From assembly GCA_964202905.1 (NCBI GenBank), contig CAXNJO010000005.1:224001-288000 (forward strand): a DNA stretch of 64,000 nucleotides. Reading direction: 5' to 3'. Positions 10,577-20,995 of this stretch are shown here, piece by piece. The notes under the pieces were generated by a model, which saw nothing but the letters and a program-made list of their open reading frames with translations, did no database searches and was not told the DNA's origin. Position numbers and translations under genes: made by a program. The number at the start of each line of letters is the position of its first letter. Positions within the stretch are counted from its first letter, which is position 1. The DNA comes from Polyangiales bacterium. GTDB lineage: Bacteria; Myxococcota_A; Polyangia; Polyangiales; JADJQN01.

Positions 10577-11666
10577 GATCTCTCTGGGCGTTTCTCGCGT
10601 TCGCACTGCTCGCGGCCTGCTCCACGCCGCGCACGCAGGTGATGCTCGTCGTCGACACCGACCTGCGCGACCCGCGCGGGCTCGATTCCTTCACGGTCGC
10701 GATCACGGGACCGGACGGCGCGACGCGCACCTCGACCGCGATGCTGGGTGCGGGCCAGCCGCCCCTGCCGCGCACGCTCGCGCTCGTCCACGAGGAGGGC
10801 GCGCTCGGCCCGTTCACCGTGCGCGTCGCGGGGAACGTGGGCCCTTCGGAGCGCGTCTCCCGCGGACCGCGCGCTTCACCTTCCAGCCCGAGCGCACGCT
10901 GATGCTGCGCATCGACCTGCTCGGTTCGTGCATCGGCGTGACGTGCGCCGCCGATCAGACGTGCGCCGCGGGCGGCTGCCGCGCCATCGACGTCGCACCG
11001 GCGGAGTTGACCGAGTGGACGGGCACGCCGCCCGCGCTCGACCCGGACGCGTCGACGCCGCCCGTGGATGGCGGTCCGCTCGACGCCAGCAGCGATCGCA
11101 GGCAGCGATGCAGGTACGGACGCGGGCTTCGACGCGGGCACCGACGCGGGCTTCGACGCAGGCACCGATGCGGGCTTCGACGCAGGCACCGACGCGGGCT
11201 CCGACGCGGGCTCCGATGCGGGCTTCGACGCCGGCACCGACGCGGGCTTCGACGCAGGCACCGACGCGAGCTTCGATGCGGGCTTCGACGCAGGCACCGA
11301 TGCGGGTCCGCCCGACCTCGGCGTCGATCTGTGCGCGCCGATGAGCGAGATCTGCAACGGCCTCGACGACGACTGCAATGGGATGATCGACGATGGGGTC
11401 GACACGAGCTCCGACGTGATGAACTGCGGCAGCTGCGGACGCCCGTGCAACTTCCAGAACTCGGCGGGCGGCGTCTGCTCGGGGGGCCGCTGCATGTTGA
11501 CGGGCGCCTGCAATCCGGGCTTCGACAATTGCAACGGTACTCAACCGCGACGGCTGCGAGACCGACCTGAACACCGACGTCCGCAACTGCGGCGGCTGCG
11601 ACGATCGCTGCCGCGAGCGGCCGCGTCTGCTGCGCCGGCACCTGCGCCACGAGCTGCCCTCCCTGA
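10570..11666 (+). CDS. Cys-rich myxobacterial lipoprotein (MopE-type EICNGLDDDC and NCG.CG repeats), about 4 frameshifts
   Basis: Lipobox LAAC, TQVMLVVDTD, DAG repeats and EICNGLDDDCNG are spread over successive frames. Confidence 0.7.
11101..11307. repeat. About 17 tandem 12-bp units coding DAG(T/F/S)
   Basis: GACGCGGGCTTC/GACGCAGGCACC tandem array. Confidence 0.9.
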
Positions 11667-11677
11667 AGAGGGCGGCG

Positions 11678-12947
11678 TCAGCGGCCGGACGCCCGTGATC
11701 GCACGGAGCGCGGCGCGGGTGGCGTCATCCCAGCGCGTCGCGCGATCCGGCCAGCCGCATGCCGTCAGCGGGCGGCTGTGCCGACCACGAGCAGCGCCCC
11801 CGCGTAGCCGCTCGCCTCGATGTGCGCGAGGCGCTCCGCGAGCGCGTCGGCGGCGCCGAGCTCGGGCCAACCCGCGTGAGCACGTCGAAGCGCGTCGCGA
11901 GCTCGCCGACGAGACACGGACCACCGCGCGGATCGTGGAGCGGCAGGCGCTCGCGGGGTCCCGGGTAGTGGTGCACCTGCCCGAGCCCGAGGCCGAGCCC
12001 CTCGCCGTACGCGAGCCGGCTCAGCGCGTCCCAGGCGCGGCGCGTGGCGTCGCGCACGAAGCCGACCGTCGCCGTCAGCCCCGCCGCGCGGAGCCCCGCG
12101 GCGTGCACGCGCACGAAGTCGAGCATCGCGGGCAGCGGCACCTCCGCGTCCGGTCGCCCGCCGCGCAGCGCGCCGCGCGTGATCCACTCCGGCTCGTTGA
12201 CGATCTCGACCGCATGGAGTCGCGACGCCCGCGCCGCGAGCACGCGCACGAGCGGCGCGATGACGCGCTCGTCGAAGGCCGCGCGCGCATCGGGATCGGT
12301 GAGCGCGGCCGCGCGCAGGCCGGGCACGCCGCGCGAGACGATCGCGCCGCGGTCGTGCGGCGAGTTCGAGGCCGCCCGTCAGCGCGAACAGACCGAACAC
12401 GTCGTCGTAGAACCGCACGTGCGAACGCAGCCGCACGCCCTCTTCGGCGCAGGTGTCGAGCAGCGCGTCGAGGTCCGCGTAGAAGCCCTCGGGGAGCGGC
12501 GCCGCCTCCCAGCGCCAGCGCGCGACGCCCACGTCCCACCGCGGCAGCGGCGCGAGGTTCGCGCCGTTCGCGAGCACGAACCAGCGCAGCAGCGGCAACC
12601 CGAGCGACGACGCCTCACGCACGCGCGCCCGCATCCGCCCACGCCAGCCCGCGCGCCGCGTCCCCTCCGGGTCCCAGCCCGGCGGCGCGGGGCCGAAGTC
12701 CCAGCCGCAGTCGACCCACGGCGCGTTCAGCCCGAGGACGAACGCCTCCCGTTCCGGACGCGGCGGCGCGGGCGTCGAGCGCGCGCGCGCAGTGTTCCGC
12801 GAGGGCCGCGCGCGCGGTCGGACTCATCGCCCGACTCGCTGCGACTGTCGCGACCTCGACGGCATGCGTCGCGCTGCGTACCACGACCCGCCGCGCCCGC
12901 GCCGCGGGACTTCGGCGAATCGGGGGGCCGCCGCCGGCGCGTGGCAT
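11678..12947 (-). CDS. Glycoside hydrolase, GH5/clan A-like, about 5 frameshifts (3' end uncertain)
   Basis: FVLGLNAPW..GWDFG, LRWFVL, EIVNEPEW (acid/base), VHHY, LVGE (nucleophile) and ALLWS across frames; ATG overlaps the AKR stop (TGATG). Confidence 0.65.
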
Positions 12948-13888
12948 CAGAGCCCGAGCGCGGCCAAGACCTGCGGGATGCGCGCGCGCTCGTCGTCGGG
13001 CAGGTAGGGCGCCCCCACGGAGGCTCCGGCGGCCGAGGCGATCTGCGCGGGGCTGCGCGCGCCGACCGCGCACGCCGTGACGTGCTCGCTCGCGAGGACG
13101 AAGCGCAGCGCGGCGTCCGCGGGCGTGCTCACGGGGCCGTGCACGAGGAAGCCGAGCTGCCCGACCGCGGCGAGGCGCCGTGCGAGCGCGGCGTCGTCCC
13201 AGCGCCGCACGCGGTGATCACCCTCCGTGAAGGGCTCGTGCGCGGAGATCGCGCCCGCGAGCAACCCGTACGCGAGCGGCGAGCGCACGATCACGCCCGC
13301 GCCCGTCACCGCGAGGTCCGCGACGAGATCGTCGAGCAGATCCGAGGCGAGGACGTTGTGCACGAGGCCGAGCGCCTGCGCGCCCGCCGAGAGCGCGAGC
13401 CGCGCCTCGAGCGCGGTGCCGACGCACACCCCCCACGCGCGGATCTTGCCCGCCGCGAGCAGCGCGTCGGCCGCCTCCGCGGGCTCGCCGGAGCGCAGCG
13501 CGGCCTCGTCGAGACCTTGAAAAAGAAGGACATCGAGGCGATCGGTGCCGAGCCGCGCGAGCGAGGTCTCGCAGCCCGCGACGAGCGCCGCACGCGAGGT
13601 CCGCGCGACGATCGCATCCCCTTCCCGCACGAGCCCCGCCCGCGTGACGTATGCGCACTCGGCGCGCGACGAGGCCGTGAGCCGCCCCACGACGCGCTCC
13701 GACGCGCCGTCCGCGCCCCAGAGCGGCGAGACGTCGAAGGTCCGCACGCCCACCTCGAGCGCGCGCCCCACGGTCGCCTCGAAGCGTGCGGGCGCGATGG
13801 GCCCGTAGCTCTCCGCCGCGAGCCCCCACGTGCCGAGCGCGATCTCCGTGAGGCGCACGTCCGAGGCGCCGAGGCTGCGGCTGAGCAT
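12947..13888 (-). CDS. Aldo/keto reductase
   Basis: IALGTWG, FDVSPLWG, SE..VG, SLARLGTDRLD, GKIRAWGV, SPLAYGLLAG. Confidence 0.9.
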   Translation of the reverse strand: MLSRSLGASDVRLTEIALGTWGLAAESYGPIAPARFEATVGRALEVGVRTFDVSPLWGADGASERVVGRLTASSRAECAYVTRAGLVREGDAIVARTSRAALVAGCETSLARLGTDRLDVLLFQGLDEAALRSGEPAEAADALLAAGKIRAWGVCVGTALEARLALSAGAQALGLVHNVLASDLLDDLVADLAVTGAGVIVRSPLAYGLLAGAISAHEPFTEGDHRVRRWDDAALARRLAAVGQLGFLVHGPVSTPADAALRFVLASEHVTACAVGARSPAQIASAAGASVGAPYLPDDERARIPQVLAALGL

Positions 13889-14013
13889 CGGCTGCGACTC
13901 CTACGCGCGCACTCCGGAGGGCGCAAGCCGTGTCCGCTCCCGGACGTCCCGTCGCGGCGTCACGCGACGGCGCAGCGCCTGACGATCGCACGGCGTCGGG
14001 CGACGGCGCGGCG

Positions 14014-14757
14014 TCACACGAGGATGTCGACGAGGACGCCCGGGGGCGCGCCGGGGACCATGCCCGGTGGCAGTTCGTCGCGCGCCTCCGACCCGCCGGT
14101 GCGCATCTCGGACGCCTCGCGCGCACGCCTCTCGGCCCCGCCCCCGGCGCGCATCCCGGACGCGTCGCGGACACGCCTCTCGGACCCGTCGCGGGCGCGC
14201 GTCTCGGACGCCTCGCGGGCGCGCATCCCGGGCAGCTCGTCCGGATCCGCGTCGCCCTCCGCGCCGGGGATCTCCCCCGCGGCCCGCTCGACCTCCTGAA
14301 GCTCGTCGAGCTGTTCGGCGACGCGCTTCACACGCCGCGGGTCCTCCTTGGAGACCGTCTTTCCGCGGTTCAGCGACTCCCACGCCTCGACGAGCGCGAG
14401 GACGCCTTTCACGACGCGGGGCAGATCCTTGAGGTCCGCGGTGCGCTTCAGCGAGACGGCCGCGAACTTCCGCAGGAGCTCCTTCTGCTCGGGCGAGAGC
14501 CGCGCATTGGAGATCCGCGACTCGACCATGCGCGCGATCTCGTCCGGACGCTTGGGCGCCTCGCCCTCGCCCGGCGCCGCGTCGCCGGTCTGCGTCGTCG
14601 GAAGCCCGGACCGCTCGGGCTCCCGCTCATCCTCACCCGCCCGCTGCTGCGCGTCGCGCGTGTCCCGCAGCTTCTGCACGCGCGCCGCATCCGCGGGCAG
14701 CGCACCGAGCGGCTGGCTCGCAGGAAGCTCGGGTCGCGGTGGGAACGAGACGCGCAC
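14014..14757 (-). CDS. Hypothetical charged protein with degenerate 8-aa repeats
   Basis: 247-aa ORF with a helical core and Lys/Glu codon pattern typical of real genes here; ends GVLVDILV. Confidence 0.6.
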   Translation of the reverse strand: MRVSFPPRPELPASQPLGALPADAARVQKLRDTRDAQQRAGEDEREPERSGLPTTQTGDAAPGEGEAPKRPDEIARMVESRISNARLSPEQKELLRKFAAVSLKRTADLKDLPRVVKGVLALVEAWESLNRGKTVSKEDPRRVKRVAEQLDELQEVERAAGEIPGAEGDADPDELPGMRAREASETRARDGSERRVRDASGMRAGGGAERRAREASEMRTGGSEARDELPPGMVPGAPPGVLVDILV

Positions 14758-14889
14758 CGCGGGGAGCCTAACCGATCGCGAGACACGGTGGGAACACCCC
14801 CCGGACGCCGGCCCACGGCCGATCTCTCGCGCCCGCTCGGCCGCCCCGGGCGCCGCTGCCGTTGCGCGCGCGGTCGCGGCGCTGTCACG

Positions 14890-16371
14890 ATGGCCGCGAT
14901 GTCACGCGCCCGTCACCCCACGCGCTCCGCCTCCGCGACCGCCGCCGCGCTCGCCCTCGCCCTCGCGGCGTGCGGCGACGACGACGCGCTCACCCCGGAC
15001 GCCGGCCCACCCGACGCCGGCGCGCCCGACGCGGGCCCGCCGCTCCCGTCCTGGCCGCGCGCGCTCCCCGCGACGTCCGACCTCGGCGCGGTGCGCGGCC
15101 TGCGCGTGATGCGCAGCATCGTGCACGCGCACTCGCCGCTCTCGCACGACGCCTGCGACGGCGAGGGCTTCGCCGACGGGATGCTGCTCGACGCGCCCTG
15201 CCTCGAGAACCTCCGCGCGTCGGTCTGCACGCTGCGCCTCGACGCGCTGAACCTCACCGATCACGCGGAGCACCTCTACGAGGTCACGCACGAGGCGAAG
15301 TTCTGGAAGCGCCCCGGCGACGTCGAGGAGCGCACTGACGCGGGCGAGCTCGCGGCCGTGCGCTGGGACTGCGGCGACGGCACGAACGTGCTCGTGACCG
15401 TCGGCACCGAGAACGCGCTCATGCCCGTCGGGCTGGTGCGTCACCCCGTCGACTCCACCGATCAGGACGTGCTCGCCGCGGCCTACCGCGCGAACGGCCC
15501 CGACGCCGTCGCACGCTTCCACGACGCGGGCGGCCTCGTCTTCGTCGCGCACACCGAGGGCCGCGCGCTCGACGAGCTGCGCACGCTCGGCATGGACGGC
15601 GTCGAGATCTACAACATCCACGCGAACGTCGACCCCGACATCCGCGTCGAGTTCCTCGGGCTCGGCGCCGCCGACTACCTGATGAACGTGCTCGCGTTCA
15701 CGTCGCCGACGAGCCGCCTCGCGCCGGACCTCGCCTTCCTCGGCTTCTTCGAGGAGAACCAGAACGACCTCGACAAGTGGGACACGCTGCTCGCCGAGGG
15801 CTTGCAGGTGACCGGCATCAACGGCTGCGACGCCCACGAGAACACGTTTCCCCAGCTCATGCGCGACGGCGAGCGCGTCGACAGCTACCGCCGGATGATG
15901 CGCTGGGCGACGCTGCACCTGCGCGTGCCCGAGCCCACGCTCGCCGCGCAGCGCGAGGCGCTCGACGCGGGGCGCGGCTACGTCGCCTTCGAGGTCTTCG
16001 GCTCGCCCGTGGGCTTCGACTTCCACGCGACCTCCGACGGCGGCGCGACGCACGAGATGGGCGACGTCGCGCCCGCGGGCGCCACGCTGCGCGTCACGCG
16101 CCCGAGCCTCTCGCCCGACGTGCCCGACGCCGCGCTCGCGCTCGTCTCGCTGCGCATCCTCAAGTCGGAGGTCGGCGGCGCGGTCGAGGTCGCGCAGGGC
16201 GCCGGCGAGGCGCTCGAGTTCGTCGCGACCGAGCCGGGCGTCTACCGCGCCGAGGCGCGCATCGTGCCGGAGCATGCGCGGCCGTACCTGGGCCGCCTCG
16301 CCGACGCGCTCGTGCACGACTACGCGTGGATCTACGCGAATCCGATCTACGTCGGCGCGACGCCGCGCTGA
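14890..16371 (+). CDS. Lipoprotein with PHP-family (CehA/McbA-like) metallohydrolase domain
   Basis: Lipobox LAAC; HAHSPLSHD, LTDH, VAH, EIYN and GCDAHEN metal-ligand motifs. Confidence 0.8.
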   Translation: MAAMSRARHPTRSASATAAALALALAACGDDDALTPDAGPPDAGAPDAGPPLPSWPRALPATSDLGAVRGLRVMRSIVHAHSPLSHDACDGEGFADGMLLDAPCLENLRASVCTLRLDALNLTDHAEHLYEVTHEAKFWKRPGDVEERTDAGELAAVRWDCGDGTNVLVTVGTENALMPVGLVRHPVDSTDQDVLAAAYRANGPDAVARFHDAGGLVFVAHTEGRALDELRTLGMDGVEIYNIHANVDPDIRVEFLGLGAADYLMNVLAFTSPTSRLAPDLAFLGFFEENQNDLDKWDTLLAEGLQVTGINGCDAHENTFPQLMRDGERVDSYRRMMRWATLHLRVPEPTLAAQREALDAGRGYVAFEVFGSPVGFDFHATSDGGATHEMGDVAPAGATLRVTRPSLSPDVPDAALALVSLRILKSEVGGAVEVAQGAGEALEFVATEPGVYRAEARIVPEHARPYLGRLADALVHDYAWIYANPIYVGATPR

Positions 16372-17260
16372 TCGGGCGCGGCGAGCCCCATGCCGACGGC
16401 GAAGCCCATCGTGTAGCGGGCATTCACGTCGCAGCACGCGCAGAAGACCGCGCCGCCCGCGACGTCGCGGTAGCGGAACGCGTCGATGCCGAAAGGCCCG
16501 AAATACCCCGCGTTCGCGAGCGCGCGTCCGGCCTCGGCGAGCGCCCCGCGGAGCGCGGCGTGCTCGGCCTCGGCGAGCTCGCCGGGGGTGGCGATCCGCG
16601 AGCCACGCCACGCGTCGCCGACGTCGATCGTCTGCGCCGTCGGCGCGCCCTCGGTGAGCACGCCATCGACCGCGAGCGTCGCGTGCAGCGCGTAGTCGCC
16701 GAGCCGCTCGACCCACGGGCTGAGCTGCACGCCGCCCGTCTTGCGGAGCGCCGCGTCGAGCCACGCGACGTCCTCCGCGCGCACGTGCCCCGCCTGCACG
16801 CGGCGGTGCCCGCGCCCCGCGGCGCCGAGCGCGCGCTTGCAGAGCCAGAGCCCCGTCGGCGTCGGCGCGGCGAGCACCGCGAGCGCCGCGTCGCGCGTCC
16901 GCACGAAGCACGCGCCCTCGAGCTTCGGCAGCAACAGATCACGCTCGTTCGCGCGGCGCAGCACCGCGAGCGGCGGCGCCGGGGGCGGCACGCTGCCGCT
17001 CAGCGCGAGCCGCGAGCGGGCGTACGGCGTCGGCATGAAGGCCGCGCCGGGCAGTCCGCGCGCGCGTCGGTCGTCGCGGACGCCGAGCGCGGCGTCGAGC
17101 ACGACGTCGCCCTCGCGCACGAGCCCCGCGCGCAGGCCGATCTCCGCCAACTCCGCGCGCCGCGCGAGCGAGGGCCCTCGGTACACCGACCCGCGCGCGA
17201 GCTCGTCCTCGGCGTCGAGGTTGAGCACCCACGCGACCGGCGGCCCGACGCGCAGCTCAC
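16347..17260 (-). CDS. ATP-grasp-like protein (start uncertain)
   Basis: WLCKRALGAAGRG, SPWVER..D, GYFGPFGIDAF and DVNARYTMG motifs; the GTG overlapping the upstream stop is out of frame. Confidence 0.7.
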
Positions 17261-18117
17261 CACTCCGGGGTCCACGCCTCGAGGGCGTCGACGAAGGGCG
17301 CATCGAGCCCCGCCCGCAGGCGCGCCTCACGCGCGATCGGCCGCCCACGAAAGAGCAGCGGCGAGAGCGGCGGGGGCAGCGCCGCGCGCCACGCGGGGAA
17401 GGCGAGCCCGCCCGTGAAGCGCGCGAACCAGCGCTGCGCGAAGCGCACGTGTCCGATCTCCTCGCGCCCGACCTGCTCGACGAGCGCCGCGCCCGCCTCG
17501 TCGCCCGCGGCGCGAAAGCGCTCGGCGAAGCGCGCGGTGTGGTCGAGGTTGGCGGCCTCGAAGCCGAGCCCCATCACCGCCGCGAACGACGCCGCGTCGG
17601 GGGCCGCGGGGATGCGCTCCCAGAACCAATCGTGTACGGGGAAGTCGCCGACCGCGTGCCCGAGCGACGCGAGGTACGCGGCGTAGAGACGCATGTGCCG
17701 CGCCTCGTCGAGCGCGAGACGCGCGAGCCCGCGGCGGAAGGCGGCCGGGGTCTCGGGGAAGGCGAGGATCGCCCAGCAGAACAGCTCCGCGGCCTGCAAC
17801 TCGTGGTGCAGGAACGTGTGCATCAGCTCTGCGCGGCGGGACGGGCTGCGCAACGCCTCGGCGCTCGGCGTCTTGCGCGGGCGGCCCCGCGCGGCCAGCG
17901 CAGCGGGTCGCCCGGGCTGCGCGAGGCGACGCGCGGACGGCGACGCCTCGAGCGCGCGTGGCGCGGGAGGCGGGGCGAGCTTCGCGGCGAGATCGGTGCC
18001 CACGACATAGTCGTACGCCCAGCGCTCGAGCGTGCCCGCGGCGGGCGGCGCGGTGGCCTGCACCTCAAACGGCGCGGGCGACGACGCGGAGGGGGGCGCA
18101 GGCGCGAGGATGTCCAC
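17257..18117 (-). CDS. DUF455 ferritin-like diiron protein
   Basis: HHELQAAEL, DEARH, FEAANLD and EEIGHV...RWF motifs. Confidence 0.85.
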   Translation of the reverse strand: MDILAPAPPSASSPAPFEVQATAPPAAGTLERWAYDYVVGTDLAAKLAPPPAPRALEASPSARRLAQPGRPAALAARGRPRKTPSAEALRSPSRRAELMHTFLHHELQAAELFCWAILAFPETPAAFRRGLARLALDEARHMRLYAAYLASLGHAVGDFPVHDWFWERIPAAPDAASFAAVMGLGFEAANLDHTARFAERFRAAGDEAGAALVEQVGREEIGHVRFAQRWFARFTGGLAFPAWRAALPPPLSPLLFRGRPIAREARLRAGLDAPFVDALEAWTPEW

Positions 18118-18261
18118 GGCGCCGAGTGTCCCGCGGCGCGCCCGGAAGACAAGGTCCGCGCCACGCGGCGACGACGCGCACCGCGCGGAAGGGACGCACG
18201 ACGCGGCGCCCCGCGAGCGCGCCCCGCGCGTGCGAACTCACGGACGGCACTTGCGCGCTTG

Positions 18262-18278
18262 TTGAAATCGAATATCAA
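18262..18278. promoter_or_regulatory. Fur-box-like operator upstream of feoA
   Basis: AT-rich imperfect palindrome TTGAAATCGAATATCAA resembling WTGAAAATNATTTTCAW, 6 bp before the feoA start. Confidence 0.7.
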
Positions 18279-18284
18279 GAGCGT

Positions 18285-18578
18285 GTGACCCAGGCCCGCG
18301 CAATCCCGCTGAACGCGCTCCCCCTCGGCCTCCCCGCGCGCGTGCGCAGCCTCGCCTGCGATCGCGCGGTGCGGCGGCGCCTGCTCGAGCTGGGGCTCCT
18401 TCCGGGCACGCAGGTCGAGGTCGTGCGGCGCGCGCCGCTCGGCGATCCGCTCGAGCTGCGCCTGCGCGGCTATCGGCTCTCGTTGCGCGCAGGCGAAGCG
18501 AGCGCGATCGAGGTCGACCCCGAGGGCGCGCCGAGCGATCCCCGCGCCGACGACGCCTCCGCGCGCGAGAAGGCCTAG
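18285..18578 (+). CDS. feoA: Ferrous iron transport protein A
   Basis: RRLLELGLLPG, RAPLGDPL, LSLRAGEA..IEV; directly upstream of feoB. Confidence 0.92.
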   Translation: MTQARAIPLNALPLGLPARVRSLACDRAVRRRLLELGLLPGTQVEVVRRAPLGDPLELRLRGYRLSLRAGEASAIEVDPEGAPSDPRADDASAREKA

Positions 18579-18585
18579 CCGCGCG

Positions 18586-20820
18586 ATGTCCGACCCCGCA
18601 CGCCCCGCCCCCTCCGCCCGGCGGCTCGTCTACCTGCTCGGCAACCCCAACGCCGGCAAGACGACGCTCTTCAACGGGCTCGCGGGCACGCGCGCGCGGA
18701 CGGGCAACTACCCGGGCGTGACGGTCGAGCGCCGCGCCGCGGCCTGGCGCGCGGGCACGCACGACGTCGAGCTCGTCGACCTCCCGGGCACGTACAGCCT
18801 CTCGGCCAGCTCGCCCGAGGAGCGCATCGCGGCGCAGGCCGTGCTGCGCGGCGACGCGGGCGCGGTCGTGGTCGTGCTCGACGCGACGTCGCTCCAGCGC
18901 GGGCTCTACCTCGCGCTCCAACTCCGCGACAGCGGCCTGCCGCTCGTCGTCGCGCTGAACATGATGGACGAGGCGCGCGCCGCCGGGCTCCGCATCGACG
19001 CGGAGCGCCTCGCCCTCGCGCTCGACGCGGACGTGGTGCCCATCGTCGCGGCGCGCGGCGAGGGCGTCGACGCGCTCACCCGCGCCGTCGCTGCGCGGCT
19101 CGATCGCGCCGCCGACGCCGGGCCCGCCGACGCCGGCCGCGCCGCCGACGCGACCCGCGCGCACCCCGTGACGCTCGACCCCGCGACCGAGGCCGACGTC
19201 GCTGCGCTCGCCGAGGTCGCGGCGCACGCCTTCGGCCCCGAGACGCCGGCCGACCGCGCGCGCGCCTGGGCGCTCGTCGCGCTCCTCGCCGACGCCCAGG
19301 ACGAAGACGACGCGCTCCCGCCCTCCCTGCGCGTGGCGGCGCAGGCGCGTCGACGCGCGGCCGCCGAGGCGGGCCGCGACCTCGACCTCGCGATCGTCGG
19401 CGCGCGCTACGCCGCGGTCGATCGCCTCGCCGCCGAGGCCGTGCAGGCTGCGCCGCCGCGCCGCTCCCGCACCGATCGGATCGACGCCGTGCTCGTGCAC
19501 CCGGTGCTCGGGCTGCTCGTGTTCGCGGCCGTCATGTACGTCGTCTTCGAGGCGCTCTTCCGCGGAAGCGAGCCGACGGTCGCGCTCATCGAGGACGCGA
19601 TCGGCGCCGCGCAGGGCCTCGTGACGGGTGCGCTGCCCGCGGGGCCGCTGCGCGATCTGCTCACCGAGGGTGTGCTCGCCGGGGTCGGCAACGTCGTCGT
19701 CTTCGTGCCGCAGATCGGGCTGCTTTTCTTCCTCATCGCGCTGCTCGAGGACAGCGGCTACCTCGCGCGCGTCGCGTTCGTGATCGACCGCGTGATGGGC
19801 GTCGTGGGCCTGCACGGCAAGACGTTCGTGCCGCTGCTCAGCGGCTTCGCGTGCGCGGTGCCCGCGGTGATGGCGACGCGCACGATCGCCTCGCGCCGGG
19901 ACCGCCTCGTGACGATGCTCGCGCTGCCCTTGATGAGCTGCAGCGCGCGGCTGCCGATCTACGTGCTCGTGATCGCGACGGTGTTCGCGGGCGAGCCACC
20001 CATCGCGGGCGTCGTCAGCGTCGGGGCCGCGGTGCTCTTCGCGATGTACGTGCTCAGCGTCGTCGCGACGCTCGGCGTCGCCGCGGTGCTGCGGCGCACG
20101 GTGCTCCGCGGCCCGCGCCCGACGCTCGTGCTCGAGCTGCCGCCCTACCGCCTGCCGCTGCTCGGCAACCTGCTCCGCGCGACGTTCAGCCGCGTGCGCG
20201 AGTTCCTCGTCGAGGCCGGCACCGTGATCCTCGCGCTCACGATCGTGCTCTGGGCGGTGCTCTCCTTCCCGCGGAGCGACGCGGTGGAGGCCCGCCGCGA
20301 GGCCGATCGCGCGGCAGCGAGCGCGTCCCTCGAGGGCGAGGCCCGCGAGACACGCCTCGCCGAGATCGACGACGCGGCCGCGGCCGCGCAGCTCGAGCAC
20401 AGCGCCGCGGGGAGCCTCGGCAAGCTCGTCGAGCCCGCGATCGCGCCGCTCGGCATGGACTGGCGCGTCGGCATCGGCGTCATCGGCTCCTTCGCCGCGC
20501 GCGAGGTCTTCGTCTCCACGCTCGGCGTCGTCTTCGGCATCGGCGCGAGCGCCGACGAGGAGAGCCGCTCCCTGCGCGAGCGCCTGCGCGAGGCGCGCCG
20601 CAGCGACGGCTCACCGCTCTTCACGCCGCTCTCGGGCGTCGCGCTGATGATCTTCTTCGTGCTCGCCTGCCAGTGCATGAGCACCATCGCCGTCGTGCGG
20701 CGCGAGAGCGGCTCGTGGCGCTGGCCGCTCTTCATGCTCGCGTACATGTCCGCGCTCGCGTACGTCGTGACGCTCGCCGTCTACCAGCTCGGCAGCGCGC
20801 TCGGCTGGGGCGTCACCTGA
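18586..20820 (+). CDS. feoB: Ferrous iron transport protein B
   Basis: GNPNAGKT, GNYPGVTVE, DLPGTYSL, LNMMD, EDSGYLAR and ELPPY motifs. Confidence 0.97.
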   Translation: MSDPARPAPSARRLVYLLGNPNAGKTTLFNGLAGTRARTGNYPGVTVERRAAAWRAGTHDVELVDLPGTYSLSASSPEERIAAQAVLRGDAGAVVVVLDATSLQRGLYLALQLRDSGLPLVVALNMMDEARAAGLRIDAERLALALDADVVPIVAARGEGVDALTRAVAARLDRAADAGPADAGRAADATRAHPVTLDPATEADVAALAEVAAHAFGPETPADRARAWALVALLADAQDEDDALPPSLRVAAQARRRAAAEAGRDLDLAIVGARYAAVDRLAAEAVQAAPPRRSRTDRIDAVLVHPVLGLLVFAAVMYVVFEALFRGSEPTVALIEDAIGAAQGLVTGALPAGPLRDLLTEGVLAGVGNVVVFVPQIGLLFFLIALLEDSGYLARVAFVIDRVMGVVGLHGKTFVPLLSGFACAVPAVMATRTIASRRDRLVTMLALPLMSCSARLPIYVLVIATVFAGEPPIAGVVSVGAAVLFAMYVLSVVATLGVAAVLRRTVLRGPRPTLVLELPPYRLPLLGNLLRATFSRVREFLVEAGTVILALTIVLWAVLSFPRSDAVEARREADRAAASASLEGEARETRLAEIDDAAAAAQLEHSAAGSLGKLVEPAIAPLGMDWRVGIGVIGSFAAREVFVSTLGVVFGIGASADEESRSLRERLREARRSDGSPLFTPLSGVALMIFFVLACQCMSTIAVVRRESGSWRWPLFMLAYMSALAYVVTLAVYQLGSALGWGVT

Positions 20821-20975
20821 CCTGGCAGCACGTCGCGGCCGGCGCGATCGTCGCCGCCGCCGCCGCGTACCTCGTCTGGAAGATCGCCCTCACCGCGCGC
20901 CCGCGCCGCACGCAGCGCGGCCCGGTCATCCCCGCCGCGCGCCTCGTCCGCAAACCGCGCCGCGACGCGCGTTGA
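20817..20975 (+). CDS. Small FeoB-associated membrane protein (about 52 aa, CTG or uncertain start)
   Basis: TWQHVAAGAIVAAAAAYLVWK TM helix with basic tail; NTGA overlap with the feoB stop. Confidence 0.55.
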   Translation: MTWQHVAAGAIVAAAAAYLVWKIALTARPRRTQRGPVIPAARLVRKPRRDAR

Positions 20976-20995
20976 CCGGGAAAACAAGGCGTTCC

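Noticed and set aside
11678..12947. Calling the GH5 and neighbouring genes pseudogenes
   Set aside because: Catalytic motifs are intact and indels also hit hflX, favouring sequencing error; unresolved without reads
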